From an uncultured Thermoleophilia bacterium (GTDB lineage Bacteria > Actinomycetota > Thermoleophilia > UBA2241): DNA of 64,000 bases. The stretch lies in contig CAVQSP010000021.1 of NCBI GenBank assembly GCA_963715985.1, positions 32,001 to 96,000 of the forward strand, read 5' to 3'. Below, in pieces: positions 60,110 to 64,000 of this stretch. The stretch's first letter is position 1; each line of letters begins with the position of its first letter. A program made the position numbers and the translations under genes. Under the pieces are notes generated by a model, which made no database searches, was not told the DNA's origin, and saw only the letters and a program-made list of their open reading frames with translations.

Positions 60110-61818
60110 GTGGCGGGCCGTTGGAATGCTCGGCTGTCCAGCTAGTGTCGTGGGGACGATCTTGGGGGTGGGGGCCGTGCTTGAATGATTCCGACGACGC
60201 CTACTCGTTCGACGCGAAGCTCGGCGGAGCGCCGGGTCTTCTCCATGTTGTCCGAGGTCGACCTTGTGGCCCAAGCTGGTGCTTCCATTCGCTGAATCTC
60301 TCCGAGCATGAGTACAAGTTGGTCGGGGAATTCGACTTCGTGCTCTTGAGTCCGCTGGGACTCCTCGTTCTTGAGGTCAAGGGAGGGGGGGTCGACTGTC
60401 ATGACGGGGTCTGGATCTTCACCGACCGCTTCGGAGTCGAGCACCGTCGCAACGAGAGCCCGTTCGCACAAGCTCGGTCCGGGATGTTCTCCCTGCGCAG
60501 CGGCTAGAAGTTGAGCTTGGCCGATCGGCGGTCCAGGGTCTGCCGTTCGGTTACGGCGTGATGCTGCCGGACCAGCCGTTCAAGATCCCGTCAGTCGAGT
60601 GGTCGCGCGAAATGGTGATTGACAAAGAGGCGCTGGGAGCCGGGTTGCTTCAGGAGAAGCTCCACTGGCTGTTCACGTACTGGCGGGAGAAGAACGGCGT
60701 GCGACGCGACTGTTCCGCCGACAATCTGCGTCCGCCGTGGCACAGCTGCTCCGCCCGGACTTCGATCCATCCCGGATCTCCATCACAGGCTGGAAGACCT
60801 GGATCAGCGCATGCAACGTCTGACCGACGAGCAGTACGAACGCCTGGACGCGTTCGAAGGGACCCCACGAATCCTGTGCATGGGTGGCGCAGGCACCGGC
60901 AAGACGTTCATCGCGGCGGAGATGGCTCGTCGCCACGCAGCGGCTGGGGACAGAGTGTTGATGACCTGTGCGAGCCCGGTGCTTGCTGCATACCTGCGTG
61001 CTCGGCTGTCCTCATTCGGAATCGACGTGATGCCGCTGGAGCAGGCGCTGGGCGAGCTTCCGCAGGGCGAGCCCTACGATGTCCTTCTCCTAGACGAAGC
61101 CCAGGACGTGCTGGACTTGGAAGTCCTGTTTGCGTTTGACGCCTGCTCCGCGAGGGCTCGAGCACGGCACCTGGCGGATGTTCTGTGATGTGAACAACCA
61201 GAGCGCCCTCTCGGGCGGATACGACCCAGAGGCGCTGGAGTACTTGAAGCGGCTTGGCGCTGTCGGCGAGCTCAAACGGAACTGTCGCAATACGCACGAG
61301 ATCGTGTTGCAGACAAAGCTCCTCACAGGCGCGGACCTCGGTACCGCAAGTGCTGGTCACGGTTTGCCGGTGACCACTCCGGTTCTACGAAGGGCCAGAA
61401 GAGCAGCTCGAACAACTCGAGCGACATCTCGCCGGACTTGCGGAGGAGGGTGTCGGTCGGCGAAATCACTTTGCTCTCTCCACTTCCTTCGAACAAAGCA
61501 TGGCCTCGAGCCTTCCGCGGCGATGGCAGCGTCGCCTTCGAAGGTGGACCCTGCTCTCGCCGCGTCGTGGCCGGTCAGCGACCTTTCTTTCGCCACGGTG
61601 GGTGACTTCAAAGGCCTGGAGAACAGGTTCATTTGCCTGCTCGACATTGCACAGTCTTGCGAGGACGAGCCGTTGGCACTCTCCCTGCTCTATGTGGCGA
61701 TGAGCAGGGCCCGCGCCGGACTCTGGGTGGCCATGCGATTCGGCGCTTGAAGCCACGGTCGAGGAGATCAGCATGCGCAATCTTCCCCTCTGACTCCCGA
61801 TCTGGAGGTCGTCGATGA
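60110..61818 (+). CDS. NERD nuclease + SF1 helicase-like protein (many frameshifts)
   Basis: GEFDFVLL..GLLVLEVKGG, PFAQA, GGAGTGKT, LDEAQD, NCRNT, FKGLE, LYVAMSRAR. Confidence 0.8.
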
Positions 61819-64000
61819 ATGATCTGACGACCGGGACGTGACCGGCGTCGTGGAGCTACCTTCAGACGTCAGATCGAGGGTCCTCGTCACGGGCCTGAAG
61901 AGGTACTGCGTGACCCGCCCACCCGTGAGTACCTCGTCGGGGTCCTGTATCCGAAGAACCGACGTCCGCGCAGACTCTGCGAGAAGAGGTAGATCCAGAA
62001 TCCGGAAGCCGGGTCGCTCCGCGATGAGACTCCGGATGACCCGATCACCCTGGCCAATCAGCGAATGCCCGCGCTCGTGGGCCTGTCGTTCTTCGTCGAA
62101 GGAGTCGAGGAGCTCGAAGTCGACATCTGGGCGGCGTGATATGAGGAGAGGGCCGGAGCGACCGGTCACAAGGAATGACCCCCTTGGTGCTCCCAGGCAG
62201 ATCGCCGGGGAGACCCTCACCGACAGTTCCGGGTCCGCAAGACCTGGACTCGCAAGGCTCCTGGCGACTGCCTCGAGGACCCCGAAGTGGTCGTCGTCAA
62301 GCGGGACCTACGCGAAGACGGAGTGTCTCGGGCGGCCGAGCCAAGCTCCATGCGAAGTGGCGCACGGTCGGTCAGTCCAGCCTGGTCACCGATCACGCTG
62401 CTCAACGCCCGCACGCATTCGGGCGATCAGCTCCCCCTGTCGGGGACTGCCTTTTCCAGGTCGGGTTCTCGCTGCAGGCACTCCTAGGGCGCCATCGGCG
62501 AATATCCCGAGCGCCGCATCTTCGAGAGGACCCTGAGGTCCAGGATCTCGAGCTGCTCTACGACAGCGTGCGCGCATACGCCGTGGGGCATGGCTGCGCC
62601 GCCGACTGGACCGAGGCGGAATCGGCAAGGCGAGCGAAGTCCACACTGCGTTCGTTCCGAGCTACGAGTTGCCCGCGATCGTCCCCCGCGACCTTGACCT
62701 GGACGTCCTCGAGGCCGGGCGGCTTGCCGAAGGCGGCGCGGAGCGGGAGCGCAGTCATCGACGAACTGCGGGTGTTCTGGCCGGCTACGACGGGTGGCGT
62801 GCAAGAGCGGCAGGACGAGGCGGCAAGACGTTGCGGACCGACTTCGGCCCGCGGCTGAGAGAGTACTTCTCAGAGATTGGCGTGGCCCTGGAGCGCATGT
62901 CTGCTGGCGTGGACCTGCTCGAGAGGGACGATCGACGCTTGGACTGCCTTCAGACTAGCCAACCTGGCCATCGTGATGCAGTTCCGTCACTCGCAGGAGG
63001 ATTTGGGTGGCGTCGCGTCATAGCTGCGATGAAGTGACCTTCCCATCTTCTGAGTACCTGGCGGATTCACGATTCCGTTGGCGCCCGTTCCAGCTGGCGT
63101 TCCAGCTCCTTGTGCTTCCATCGCTCACCGACGCCGAGGATGACTGGCGGCAGACCGTGGATCTCCTGTGGTTCCCGACGGGCGGCGGCAAGACCGAGGC
63201 CTATCTTGGCCTTGCGGCGTACGAGGCGTTCCTTAGGAGGCTACGGGAGCCAGTGCGCGGAGCTGGAACAGCGATCGTCACGCGGTATACCTGCGGCTAC
63301 TCACTGCACAGCAGTTCCAGAGAGCCGCATCTCTGATCTGCGCATGTGACCTGATCAGACAGAAGCACGAGCATGACCTCGGCAAGACCCGCATGACGAT
63401 CGGGCTCTGGATCGGAGACGAGGCCGTCCGCAACACGTTCGTGAAGGCGCATGAAGCCTTCGAGGAGATGCGAAGTCAGGACAAGCCCGAGAACCGGTTC
63501 CAGCTCGAGCGGTGCCCGTGGTGCGGCACAGAGATCGTGCCCCGGGACTTGGGGAAGACGGCAAGGCGTGTGGGATTCGTTCCACTGACACGAGTTTCGA
63601 GTTCTTCTGTCCGACGTCGGACTGCCAATTCCACGACTCACTGCCGGTCAATGTCATAGACCAGGCTCTGTATGCCGCGCCCCCGACGATGCTGATGGCC
63701 ACCGTCGACAAGCTTGCGAGGCTTGCCTGGGAACCTGAAGCCGGCGTTCTGTTCGGTTCCGCGGACTTCGATCCGCCCTCTCTGGTGATTCAGGACGAGC
63801 TGCACCTCTTGAGCGGACCCTTGGGAACCGTCGCCGGAGTGTACGAGGCTGCTATCGAGACGATGCTTGCGTTGCGAGGAACGCCAGCCAAGGTCCTCGC
63901 CTCGACAGCCACGATTCGCAACTCCGCGGAGCAAGTCGGAGGGCTCTTTGGAGCTGAAGTGGCGCTCTTCCCTCCATCCGGCTTGAGGTACTCGGACTCG
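61815..64000 (+). CDS. DrmA-like SF2 helicase (DISARM-type), frameshifted, runs off the window
   Basis: YAVGHGCAADW, WRPFQLAF, LLWFPTGGGKTEAYLG, CPWCG, ATVDK, IQDELHLLSGPLGT, STATIRN. Confidence 0.82.

Noticed and set aside
57136-64000. Mass pseudogenisation or programmed frameshifting
   Set aside because: Scattered 1-bp indels occur across the whole window, including housekeeping-type genes, while catalytic motifs stay intact. Consensus error is more likely, though this cannot be proven without reads.
1-64000. tRNA/rRNA genes, IS elements, prophage genes
   Set aside because: No recognisable cloverleaf, rRNA sequence, transposase, integrase or phage structural motifs seen by inspection.

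Overview
Very GC-rich bacterial DNA, most consistent with an Actinomycetota genome. This is inferred from a GAAC-N4-GTTC LexA box, TCACAGC-N4-TCACAGC PhoP-type boxes and apparently leaderless genes; a glycyl radical enzyme and a multiheme cytochrome suggest an anaerobic lifestyle. Single-base frameshifts are common, densest after about 57 kb, and look like consensus errors rather than real pseudogenes. The left half holds two two-component systems, a PhoP-like regulon around envelope glycosyltransferases, agmatine deiminase, a ferredoxin/flavoprotein/12-heme cytochrome c operon, cyanophycin cphA-cphB, budA and an SOS-boxed uvrD. The right half holds an HTH-GAF-HD-GYP-GGDEF protein, TA pairs, a Tat sulfatase, a CutC-like glycyl radical enzyme with an apparently altered active site, and a defence island (dcm-vsr-MvaI/BcnI-NERD-drmA-like). 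The most striking structure is a cassette-like array with no integrase in the window. Four short copies of the 3' end of a DUF2075 helicase gene separate one-gene cargoes at 50.5-55.9 kb, and similar gene-end scars flank cargo at uvrD, a nitroreductase and the GRE activase. Two NYN nuclease genes in this array each carry a promoter / two UNCG hairpins / pyrimidine-tail leader resembling an RNA-antitoxin architecture. All family assignments come from motif recognition by eye, not database searches.
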